DNA from: Octopus vulgaris
Lineage: Eukaryota
DNA length: 64,000 nucleotides
Direction of reading: 5' to 3'
Assembly: GCA_951406725.2 (NCBI GenBank)
Contig: OX597832.1
Location: forward strand, 65,844,001-65,908,000
Shown: in pieces, positions 52,680 through 64,000 of the stretch
How the letters are laid out: each line of letters begins with the position of its first letter
Numbering within the stretch: the stretch's first letter is position 1
Made by a program: the position numbers and the translations under genes
The notes under the pieces: generated by a model
The model's input: only the letters and a program-made list of their open reading frames with translations
Database searches by the model: none
What the model was told of the DNA's origin: nothing

Positions 52680-53310
52680 TGCCACCACCTTATTATAGCT
52701 AATATTTCCAGGATTCACGTGCAGTGATCATTTCAAAAGCCTTTTGGTAAGCAATGCATGACTTTGCTCGACCTATCTTCTTCTGTGATCGGTGTTCGAT
52801 AACTATAGTTGACCTTTCTTGTGATATGGGGCGTTTTAATTTCGTTCCTATTCTTCTCCTTGGAAATTACTTTTCCCAGGCATTTATTAATCTATTGCTA
52901 TATTATTGCTGTAGGAAACTAGGTTATGTATCCGAGAGATATTAGGGTGTGATGCTTTTTAATTTCGCTGGATTGGGATTTAGTTTTTTATAGCTTTTTT
53001 CCCTTCCGTTGAATAGTATTTGTGCTGTTCGCTTGATGTTAAACATTTTCACTAACACTGGTTTCCTGCTTGTTAAATATTTCACACGGAATTTAGCTTT
53101 GTAATTTCCTGGTATATGTGTTCTGCACATTTTCTAGCGACTTCACATGTTTATTGATGAAATATTCAGCCACTACTTCTCAAGATATGCATCAGTTTAT
53201 TTACACATTTAGTGTCTTGTTTCTGTAGAATACTTGGAATTATTTAAATCGTTTTGCCGTCTTTGCAGTGATTTCCAGTTTTGTTCTTCGCATAAAATGG
53301 TTTTAATTTT
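52680..53310 (-). mobile_element. Highly decayed LINE RT fragment, possibly R4/Dong-like
   Basis: NWKS..., PAKLKSIT (cf. YRPIT) and CIAYQKAFEMI (cf. WIDYKKAFDSV) appear in the expected order on the minus strand. Confidence 0.5.
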
Positions 53311-54164
53311 GAGTCAAAATTTTAACAAATATTTATTTTTATTATGATTACGGTTGGGGAGGCTAGAGATGATCACCTAGTAATGTGGAATCACGGCTTT
53401 TACATAGGAATTATATTCATGGCCTAAACAAATGTGGAATAGAGGCAGTTTCCCAGCATATATGTATAAACTGACTTCTACGAATACATGGCGATAATTT
53501 AACCGTTCTGCACGGATTTGTCAGTGAGAGAATGATATTGAGGATTAGTTTATAAACAAACTGCAGCCCTTTTCTCAGAAGATTTCAAAGTGCTGAGAAA
53601 CGCAACTGGATATCATAACTTTGTAGTATAGTCAGTGAAATGTGGTTGAAACAAATGGAAATTTCTGAACAAGCTGGGCCATGATGCCATGTGAGTGTTA
53701 CCTATATTTGCATCTGTGTGTACGTGTGAGTGTATGGGCGTGAGAGAGAGAGAGAGAGAGATAGGATGTCTGTCTGTCTGTATGTATATATGTATGTATG
53801 TCCGTTCTCCATCATTCAAGACATTTTCTAAGCGTCACACACTATTCTCGTCTCCTTGGCCCCAAAGCCGTATTTTCCTCGACTGTTCATCCTCTTCCTC
53901 CGTCCTAAATCACACTCTGTGTCGTTTTGCTTGTTTTGTTTTGGTTTTGTTTGGTTTGCTCTCTTCTCAAATTCTCCGCAAGAAAACGTTTTTGCGGGCA
54001 CCGCCAATTCGGAAGCACTTAGTCTTATCGTTAAAGGTGTGACACGGAATATACCAATTAGTTGATAACTTATGAATTACGAACCTTCTTTTTGTCTCCT
54101 GTTCATTTTTACATTGAGTATATGTCGCTTGTCTATACATTTATATATATGACAGCATGCATGC

Positions 54165-54242
<78 letters not shown>

Positions 54243-54259
54243 GTGTGTGTGTATGTGTT

Positions 54260-54299
<40 letters not shown>

Positions 54300-54497
54300 C
54301 GTGTGGAGAGAAAGAGAAAGAGAGAGAGATTTATATGTTTTGAAACTGCATTTTAATATAGAATTCCTTCGCTCATCCTCAGGTTTTGTTCTTCGAAATA
54401 TTTACAAATCCTTACACATTGTGTAGAGCATTAGACCATTCCTCCAAGAAGCTTCTTTGTATAAACGATTTGGCATTGTTAGCAATAATAAAGGAAG

Positions 54498-54712
<215 letters not shown>

Positions 54713-56579
54713 TTCTACCATCGTTTTTATTAATTCAATTTTGTACATATTTTCACGGTCGTTCACCTTCTCTATTACAAACAATCATGTCTTTACTATG
54801 TGTTTTGAAATCATTCAAATATCCATCATTATCTTTGTGTATATTTTATATGCTTCACCCATCGTTGCTCTCTTTCTAATATTCCTCGATATTGCATATT
54901 CTTTTATTCCGTAAATACAATATCGTTAACGATATCCAAAGAGCTATTTAAAAAAAAAAGCACAAGAGATAACAAAGTGTATAAGACAAAATTATTTTAA
55001 TAAAACAAAAAAATAATAATCAATAAAGAAAACGAAAAATATTAAAATGTAAAATGATGTGATAAAAAATAAATAGTGTTTATAATACATTTTCGTATCT
55101 CGTCAATACATTTATGAAATTACAGACCTCATTTCCTAATCGATTATCAATCATTTATTGATTCCTATGTAATTCTTTTCACAGAAATTCTTTGTTCACT
55201 ACCGAAAATTATATTGATCGTTAACATTAGAATCACACATCTATTAAATATATTTATGAAAAGATACTCATTCGCATTGAGATATAGATACATATACACG
55301 TATAAGGACTCATAGATGCACATACTTCTGTGTTTATATGTGTTTGCAGTTATGTACGTATACATACATAAACACACACATACATATATGTATATATACT
55401 TATCTACTTGCTTATACCTCCCACAAACTAAAAAGACACAATCCTCCTTTATTAGACACCTTTTTAATCCACAAATTCATCTAGTAATCTAAACTGACTT
55501 TGTGTTCATAAGAAAAAAATCTGATGAACAGTCTAACGCATCTTTTTTATTATTTTATTCCGACATCGAAATAGACTCGAACGTTTGTTTCATTACTTAA
55601 AAATAATAGATCACATATGGCTACTATTTTTGCAGAAGAGGCGAGCGAATACTAGTGCATTGTTACCTTAAAAGTGTTGAATTTTAAAGGAATTGAGAGA
55701 TCACGGGTTTGTAAAACCGTCACATACTATTTTAAATACAATTAGCTTCTATAGAATTGTGATTGCTGTATAAAGGCTGTATAAAAAGTTCGAAAGATAT
55801 ACAATTAGAGCCAATAAAAAGTACTACTTAACGGATGCAAATGAAGTGAGTCCCAAATTTTATATGCTGTGCTGCTCCTAGCTAGAATGGTGCAATAGGC
55901 ACTTTGGTAATTTACATCACCTTATGTGTAATAGATTCCTGTTAAAGAAGTAAACATGAAAATTGTACAATATGCATATACTTAAAATGAACATTACGAG
56001 CTTTGAATGGGTATTGCAACATCTAAAATTGGTAGAAAGCTCTCTGAAATTACCTGCTGTCTCAGATACTAACAAGACATATTAGATAAACTAGTCCGAC
56101 GCACACGTAAAACTAAGTGTTTGTCCTGGTAAAAATTGATTGAATATATGTGAAGTTGACGAAGGCTAACATTAGACGAAACAGGATCAAAGCTTTGCAC
56201 CTTTGTCTCTTTGCCTGTCTGAATTTTGACTCGCGTTTATCGAATATATTTCCAGCTGCAGCATTATATTGCATACAAGATCTACATTACAATATTTTCC
56301 ATAGAAAATACATTTATTTTAAATACATACTGTAGCAATATGGACTTTGAAAGTTACTGTTATTAACAAGATTCGATATGATTTCAGCAAGGCGTTTTCA
56401 TTTTCAATTTGTTTTTGTGAATATTACAATAAAACAACACTGAGATATAGGAAGCATACACTCGCATACACAGGAATAAACACAGACACATACACACACA
56501 CAGAGACATAATGTATATGTGTATATGTAGTTATATATGTGTATGTGTGCATGTATATATAGTTATATCTGAGGTTGTG

Positions 56580-56621
<42 letters not shown>

Positions 56622-56660
56622 TATTCACCTATGTATGTATGTATCTCTCTCTCTCTCTCT

Positions 56661-56744
<84 letters not shown>

Positions 56745-57109
56745 CATTTACATCTACATGTATATGTATACACACACACACGAACACATATGTGCGTACA
56801 CTTATACTACGCCGTTATATATTACCCTTATAGTATTATATCATATTAAATTATATTCACACTGTATTTCCTTTTTATTTATATTTATTTCCTTCGATCA
56901 CATTATTAGATTCCTCCCTGTTTGCCAGTTCTAACAATAAACAAACGCCATTGCTACCATCTATAAATTCTTTACGATTAATCAATTTGCCAAAACCATA
57001 TGCAATCCAATATTTGCAAACCCATGTTGTCTTACGTGTAAGGACTACTAAACTAACATCCTTAGAACAATTTAATGCGTTGGTTGGGAGGAGAGAAATA
57101 TCTATTAGA

Positions 57110-57335
57110 GAAAGAACACGATGAACGATAATGCAGTTGTTCGGTTACGTCCTTTGATTGTCTGGTTAATGGCAAATACAATGATATTTAGAGAATAATA
57201 GAATGTAAAAGTGATGTACTCCATCAAGGAGAGACTCGTTGAATGATGTTCAGACTTGGGCTGTGAGAAGAACATCGAAATCCATAATGTAAACCCATTA
57301 CCGACGCGGGTGGGAAACTGGTGAGAAACTTTCAA
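57110..57335 (+). mobile_element. Possible ancient RTE C-terminal relic
   Basis: QLFGYV...IIECK...SRRDSLNDVQTWA across frames resembles WFGHV...EGK...PRRxWxDDxxxW. Confidence 0.35.
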
Positions 57336-57736
57336 GAGCAGCTAACAGCAGAATTGCTATGAGAACCAGTTGAAACCATTTACAGTCCCTACTGATAGCG
57401 GACCAAGTTTATACATCATCTCAGGAAACATAATCACATCTAGATTTAGAAAATTTAATGTAAGCATTTATGAAAGGTCTAGAGTATTTCTTTCTCATGT
57501 CTCTCTGCCTCTTTCACAAATAGAATGTTGTTACACCTATAGATTAAATAATCAAAATTATGTTTGAGATACGCCTTAAGTGATGATGGAACAAGTACAG
57601 CCCCACGGCATTTCTCGGATCTTAGAAAAGATTATTCTTTGCTTTTTTTAAAAAATTCCACTCGTCACTATTCAAAATGTAAATGTCACTGTTTTCAAAT
57701 TTTAACTTTTCCACCCAAGTGTGTATGTGTGTGTGT

Positions 57737-57808
<72 letters not shown>

Positions 57809-58022
57809 AACCCTTTAATATTTTCAAATTGACATGAGTTGCTCCCCTTAAATTTTAACGTTCAGATTCAATTTTAATATTCTGTTCTTCAGAGTTATCT
57901 GAAATTCGGAGTACCATCTTATGACAAGTTACTATATATCCTGATATTGTAACATTTAATTAAACTATCATCTATATTTGATATAGTTGGTTCTCATTCT
58001 TTTTGTGTATACTGCAATACTG

Positions 58023-58081
<59 letters not shown>

Positions 58082-58144
58082 CAGCGTGCAGTGAATATAT
58101 TACGCAAAACTGAAAGTAACACTGACATCTCACTTTAATAGATA

Positions 58145-58930
58145 ATTTTACCAAAATTACAACATACTATCTTGAAATATTAAAGAGTAACTATACTCAA
58201 TAAATTCGTCATTGTCTTCAAGCACGGCCTCAAGACAACTTTCAACCTTTTTGCAACTCTGCTGGACGGTCTCCTTGTTTAAGTTGGGAAACGCTGCCAT
58301 AATCCTTGCCTTCTGTTCATCTTTCCTGTTACAAGGATGTCTGTTGGTATCTCTCGAACAACTCCCCACACGTAATAACCAAGGGGGTTGCCGTCTGGAT
58401 AGCCAGGTGGCCGGATGTTAGTGGTGGTGTGGTCGCTGCAATTGTCTGACAGCCATGACTGAGTTCTGTTTGTGTGGCTTCATGCTGGCACCTATAACCA
58501 GGCATAGAGCGTTGCAGCAGACACCCTCTTGACCCAGAGTAGCACTACCTCTTCCAGATACTCGATGTACGTCTCCGAGTTGAGAGTGAGGGCGTGTGGG
58601 AAGATGATCGGGGGCATAGCGTCGCCATACTAGTGATCACTCCAAACACCATGATGTTGACTAGATGTTTGATTTTCATCACTATCCATGCATGTCCTCA
58701 GATTGCATTTTCCTCTGATTGACACTCAAACACTCAGATGTGTTCGTATTCGTGCTTCAGGCATGAATGCCATGGAGTACAGCACATTATTACAGAGTGA
58801 ATTACGTCATGGTGCTGTTTTTCTCACATATAGTGCCCAACTGACGCTATTATGTAGTCTGCAAAATGAAAACCAGCTATGCGTCTGTGCGAAATTAAAA
58901 ATATAACATGACGACAATTTACTCATCGCT
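58145..58930 (-). mobile_element. Second maT/Tc1-mariner relic, same family as 39362-40244
   Basis: Shared aattgtctgacagccatgactg and caccctcttgaccca, NLNKETVQQSCKKVESCLEAVLEDNDEFIE, and TIR remnant gacgacaatttactcatcgc. Confidence 0.85.
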
Positions 58931-58966
58931 TTCTTTCTCTCAATCTTACTCTCTCTCTCTTTCACG

Positions 58967-59045
<79 letters not shown>

Positions 59046-59539
59046 TGCGTGTGTGTGTGTATTTATGTATGTGGTTTCTGGCCATACATAAGAAATGCAA
59101 AATAAGAAAATTCTTCAACTTCTACACCCGACATCAATTGGCTTCCTCAAAAGAAAGGACAGAATCATCTTCATACTTCAAAAGAATATATATCTTGTAA
59201 AGCCCTGTAGGAACTCATTATATATTCAGCAGGTTTTAATTATATCACACGTCAAGTAGTCGGCTTTTCAAATACAGAATCAATTTGAAGACAGTTGAAT
59301 ATCTTTTATGTTGCAGCCTTGGTATTACTGTCAATGAACTAATATTTATGTGCAGACACGTTTGAATTAGTACATTCATGTCTGCTTGAAAGTATGTATG
59401 AATCCATATTCATACAGATACATTCATACGCATACATTCGCACGCACGCACGGTCATACGAATATATATACATACATACATACATATATATATATATACA
59501 TACATACATATGTGTGTGTGTATGTATTCTGTTATTCAT

Positions 59540-59865
59540 TCATTCGTTTCAGCAATGCCGCTGTGGTCAAGCTGCAGCTCCACCATAGTCTTGCTGATTT
59601 GCTCAGGCTGGGTTATTTCACCTCAACACACTTGTATGTGCCTTTGTCCCAGCACTTGGCACATTTGATGAATGACGGAGTTTAATTCCGCTGCCCTTCA
59701 CTGTACATTATGTCGGACGGGTAGTTCATCCGGTATTGTGGACAGGAGGATGTCTAGTTCCTTTTTGAAGACATCTACTCTCATCTTATGCAGATTTCTT
59801 AATTTTAGTGGCAGGATATTGAAGAGCTGTGGGGCTTTGATTCCTAGGCTTATTACCTGACATAC
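59540..59865 (-). mobile_element. Third CR1-like LINE 3' fragment
   Basis: SLGIKAPQLFNILPLKLRNLHKMRVDVFKKELDILLSTIPDE is homologous to SLGFRGPHLYNILPKCLRDLHGVDVGFFKTKLDLFLSGVPDE (ORF 11666-11938). Confidence 0.9.
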
Positions 59866-60067
59866 TGATCGGTTCGATTTCGATTCACTAGTTATATTTT
59901 TTCTCCCCAAATTTTCAGCCCTTTCGCAGCCTTGTCAATCCATTAAGTTCCATTAACATCCTTATATGATAGTGATTAACCAGTGAATATTTTCCATTAT
60001 TTAATCTCTAATTACGACTTGACGTCCTCGAATAGACTACAGACACACATACACACACACATATGTA

Positions 60068-60290
60068 GTGAGAATTTACAAAAAAAAAAGAAAAGACGAA
60101 GTCGAGTGTGTAAACAACAAACAGATGTATTAGTTTAACGCTCAGGAACTGAGAAAGTCTTTTACGCTCTTCGACAGAAAGGAACACAGATATAAACAAG
60201 GAGAGAAAATAGAAAAGGTTCAATGGCTAGCGATCTATCATGGCAAATGCCGGACAGAGTGATCACATTGGAAAAGCTAGGTACATGTAT
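60068..60290 (-). mobile_element. Repeat family E copy with an internal deletion in the hammerhead-like motif
   Basis: aaagacgaag..aacagatgtattagtttaacgctcaggaa..cgatctatcatggc matches 31923-32108. Confidence 0.8.
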
Positions 60291-60326
60291 GTATTTATAC
60301 ACGCATATTCATATAATCATAGATGC

Positions 60327-60363
<37 letters not shown>

Positions 60364-60594
60364 TCTCTGTCTATGTATGTATGTATGTATGTATCTATCT
60401 ATCTATCTACCTATCTATATACATATATGTATAAAAACGTACAAACTTGTGTGTATGTATATATCATGTGGTTTAATGAAAATGTTACGCAGTTGAGTGC
60501 TGAGATGTTTCAAGTATTCTACTATTGGACCACAAATCGATCGCAGACTGAATAGACAAGAGCAGAGGACAGAATATTCCTAAATTTGGTACAT

Positions 60595-60930
60595 CTACAG
60601 TGCAGAATATTCCTAGAGATGGAGGGATCTAGGTAATGACACATAACTTTATGTGCAATGATAAATCTTTCCATATACAAATTATTAAGATTGTAACACT
60701 ACGCACGCTGGTACCTAGCTGGCTTCTGAAAATAATCAGGACAAAGGAAAATGATATATTGCTCGTTCTATGGAGAAACATTTGTTCTCCGTCGGCTAGG
60801 ATACTGTTCCCGACAAAACTTGCTACAAGGCATCAAACTAACACTGGAGCTCGAGGTAACACCGAGAACCACTGCACAAACAAAACTGACGCGATGCAAA
60901 AGATGAAAGCAAGGAAAGAGTTTAACAGAG
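60595..60930 (+). mobile_element. Possible ancient RTE/BovB-like C-terminal relic
   Basis: CRI..RWRD, FYGE...R.LG and CYK motifs across frames. Confidence 0.35.
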
Positions 60931-61127
60931 TTTAGGTCATAATCCTTTAAGAGAAATATATATGTCTATGAGGTAAGTGCTTCATGTGGCTGTTTGAGAT
61001 AAATCTCGCCACTCATTTCTAGGAATTGTCGATGCTAGTTTGCATTCTTATTTATTAATTTTCCTCTCCCGTTTTTAATTACTAATGAGCCACCTATGTT
61101 ATAATCCATTTACTGCATCTTAATATA

Positions 61128-61174
<47 letters not shown>

Positions 61175-61280
61175 CTCTTTTATATATATATTTGACTATG
61201 ACATAGTCGAGCAAATATATTCTTTGTATACTTATTCTATGGTCTCTTTTGCCGAACATATATATATAGTCAATAGTAAA

Positions 61281-61545
61281 AGGGTAAAATTAATTAATTA
61301 TTAATTAATTTTACCAAATAGCATTCAGTATGTAAAAATACCATTTACGGTATATTTAAAACATTACGTTTTACATTATGTAATTAGGGTTCAGTAAAAT
61401 AATTTACTTTACCACACACCGAACTTTTGGAAATAGCAGCCAAAAAATCTTAGCTAGCTATTTCCTCTACTATAAGAATAGTCTCCCAGACAATGTATAC
61501 TCAAAAATAATTCACGCAGGTGTAGAGGGAAAAATACATCAATTA
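61281..61545 (+). repeat. Dispersed repeat homologous to the palindrome arm and flank at 38133-38400
   Basis: agggtaaaattaattaatta..ttcagtatgtaaa..accattta..agtaaaataa.ttacttt.ccaca..gaaatagcagccaaaa matches the reverse complement of 38133-38400. Confidence 0.85.
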
Positions 61546-61624
61546 CTTGAGAACGTCGTTTCTGGATTAGTTGGATATAGAGATCAACATTTCCGTCATC
61601 AGCTCAAGATTTCTTTAGATATGG

Positions 61625-61668
<44 letters not shown>

Positions 61669-61754
61669 GGCACATATATGTATTTATAAATGTATACACA
61701 CAGACACAGACACAGGCACACACACACGCACGCACACCCACACCCACTCACACC

Positions 61755-61824
<70 letters not shown>

Positions 61825-62377
61825 CAAGTTTGGTGAAAGGTAAGCAGTTATTAGCAGTTGGTAATTAAATCAAGAATTTTCCTTTTACACTGTCGTTAAT
61901 TCTAATGATAGATGTTCTTTATTACATGTCGAAATGAAAGTAAATCTTCATATTACAACGTAAGCACCGGTGGCTTCAACCAGTTTCCTCAAACGACCAC
62001 GGATGGAATGAAAAACCTTCTGAAAGCCGTCGTCTAGGATATCACTGAGAACCTCCTGAATCTGTGTCTGCAAGTGCTCCAGTATGTGAGGTTATGGCTT
62101 GTACACCTCCTTTTTCGTGTAACCCAATAGGTAAAAATGACATGGTGTTAGATCTGAACTTTTCTCAGTTGTGGACGTCTGGTCATAGTCTTCAGGTTTT
62201 AGTTCCTTCACGTAATAGGGTTTCCACAGACGAAAATTCAATTATTTATGCATAACCGTACGTATTGCGTGTCCTGATAGTCCACTTTCACGAGCTGCTT
62301 GACGTGTTGATTTTTGCGGGCTACGATTAAACATTTTCTGCATTTTAACAGACAACAGTAATATAAATATATGACAT

Positions 62378-62408
<31 letters not shown>

Positions 62409-62690
62409 TCAGATGTTAAAAGAACAATCTTAATGACTAACAAAGGGAAGTAAGCCCTCGGCGTATATACTCGGTTCCTCGAATTCGGATTTTGATGTAG
62501 ACCATCAGTGACTCTAGAATTAAAATCAACTACCTATGTCAGTCTTATAAGAAAACCATAGGATACGTGCTGATTTTCGAAAAAATAAAAATGTAAACAA
62601 CAAATTAAATGGGTTGCTTTTTTAGAAATTTAAACCTAAACGCAAAATTTATACACTAGTGCTAGAAAGAAGAGTTAATATAAGTATATA

Positions 62691-62723
<33 letters not shown>

Positions 62724-63147
62724 CATAATCAAGCACACATGCACATAAATATCAACATCTGTATAAAAAAATATGTACATAATTGTTTGTGTGTGCAAGC
62801 ATGATAGTCTCATCTAAATTTCCCTCATAATTAAAAAAATAAGAAATCTAAGTGATAAATAGCAAAACAACCGATAAATACGGCCGTAAGCAAGCCATGT
62901 TCATTTTTATTTGTAAAACATCTGTTTGTGTGAGCAAGGAACATATCTGCATGTTTTTGTTAATCGCCAATTAATTTGGCCATTTCTACGAAACTATTTT
63001 GAGCTGTAAACGTATCTTATGCCAAAACGATTTACAGATTTACGGCTTCATATGTATAAGAATAAGGCTACATGATCGTCTGCCAAACATGGTCTGTTTG
63101 TATGAAAGTAATTTCTTGCTACCTGTTAACATATTCTTACATATCTG

Positions 63148-63360
63148 GTAGCGAGCTGGCAGAATCGTTAGCATGCCGGGTGAAATGCTTAGTGGTAGTT
63201 CGTCTGTGTTTATGTTCTGAGTTAAAATTCCGCCAAGGTCGATTTTGCCTTTCAACCTTCCTGGTTCGATGAATTAGGTACGAGTTGTGTATTGATGTCG
63301 ATCTAATCGACTGGCCCTCCCTCCCCCAAAATTTCGGGCCTTGTGCCCAGAGTAGAAAAG
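63148..63360 (+). mobile_element. Full-length SINE family A
   Basis: gcgagctggcagaatcgttagc..gttctgagtt.aaattccgcc.aggtcga.tttgcctttca..cccaaaatttcgggccttgtgcc..agtagaaaag. Confidence 0.9.
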
Positions 63361-63805
63361 CACAAATTATTTCATACTTTTACTTGTTTCGGGCTTCCAA
63401 CAGCAGCCATACTCATACGCAGTTTTCAAATTTCTTTTTAAAGTGTAATGCATATTCTGTCCTTTAACCTATTTCAGTCATGAGACCGTGACCACGCTGG
63501 GGCATAAACATCATAAACAATTTTCGCAGAACAAATCGGCCTCAGTATTTGCTCCTTGTGAATTCATGGTAGGGAAGGATATTCTTCTTCTTCTTCTTCT
63601 TCTTCTTCTTCTTCTTGGAAAAGTCTCAATGACTGAAACCGGTACTGAAATGTTTTTTATAAAATTATTTTAGCATTTTCTATCTTGACTTTTTCTCCCA
63701 TATGTATCAACTCGCGTGTTTCTTTTAAACATTCTACATACATACATACATATATGTATGTAGGTATCTATGTATCTATGTATATATGTATGTATGTATC
63801 CATCT

Positions 63806-63859
<54 letters not shown>

Positions 63860-63860
<1 letters not shown>

Positions 63861-64000
63861 GCGTAAAGGACTTGTCTCCACACAATTTCCATCTACCAAA
63901 CTAACTCTCAAAGCATTGGTCGGCCCTGGGCTAGCTATAGTGGAAAACACCTACCGAAGCTGCCACACAGTAGTTTGAACCTGAAACAACCTGTTTTCGA
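63860..64000 (-). mobile_element. Degenerate SINE family B, runs off the window
   Basis: tttccatctaccaaa..actctcaaagcattggtcggccc..gctatagtggaaaacac..tgccacacagt..tgaacctgaaac. Confidence 0.75.

Overview
AT-rich, microsatellite-saturated eukaryotic DNA with no convincing host protein-coding exon. The SINE families, retroposon mix and dense (TA)n/(CA)n/(TACA)n tracts look like intronic or intergenic DNA of an octopod cephalopod; this taxon call is an inference from recalled repeat families. Almost all ORF-track entries are translated microsatellites. Real content: three CR1-like LINE fragments (the largest 1.7 kb with an RT), a full-length but decayed Chapaev3-type DNA transposon with TIRs and an ATA target duplication, two maT/Tc1-mariner relics, a mariner relic, a Tigger-like MITE, a Penelope GIY-YIG fragment, RTE and R4-like relics, and many copies of three tRNA-derived SINE families. 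The most interesting signals are: (i) a SINE and the CR1 LINE share a 3' tail with a covarying stem-loop; (ii) a dispersed repeat carries a minimal hammerhead-ribozyme-like motif with an A6U core variant; (iii) near-perfect foldback palindromes (up to about 183-bp arms) recur beside or around (TA)n tracts; (iv) retroposons repeatedly sit inside (TA)n; (v) the Chapaev3 element may have landed in the catalytic motif of an older RT. No intact novel gene system is supported. Coordinates of decayed repeats are approximate.
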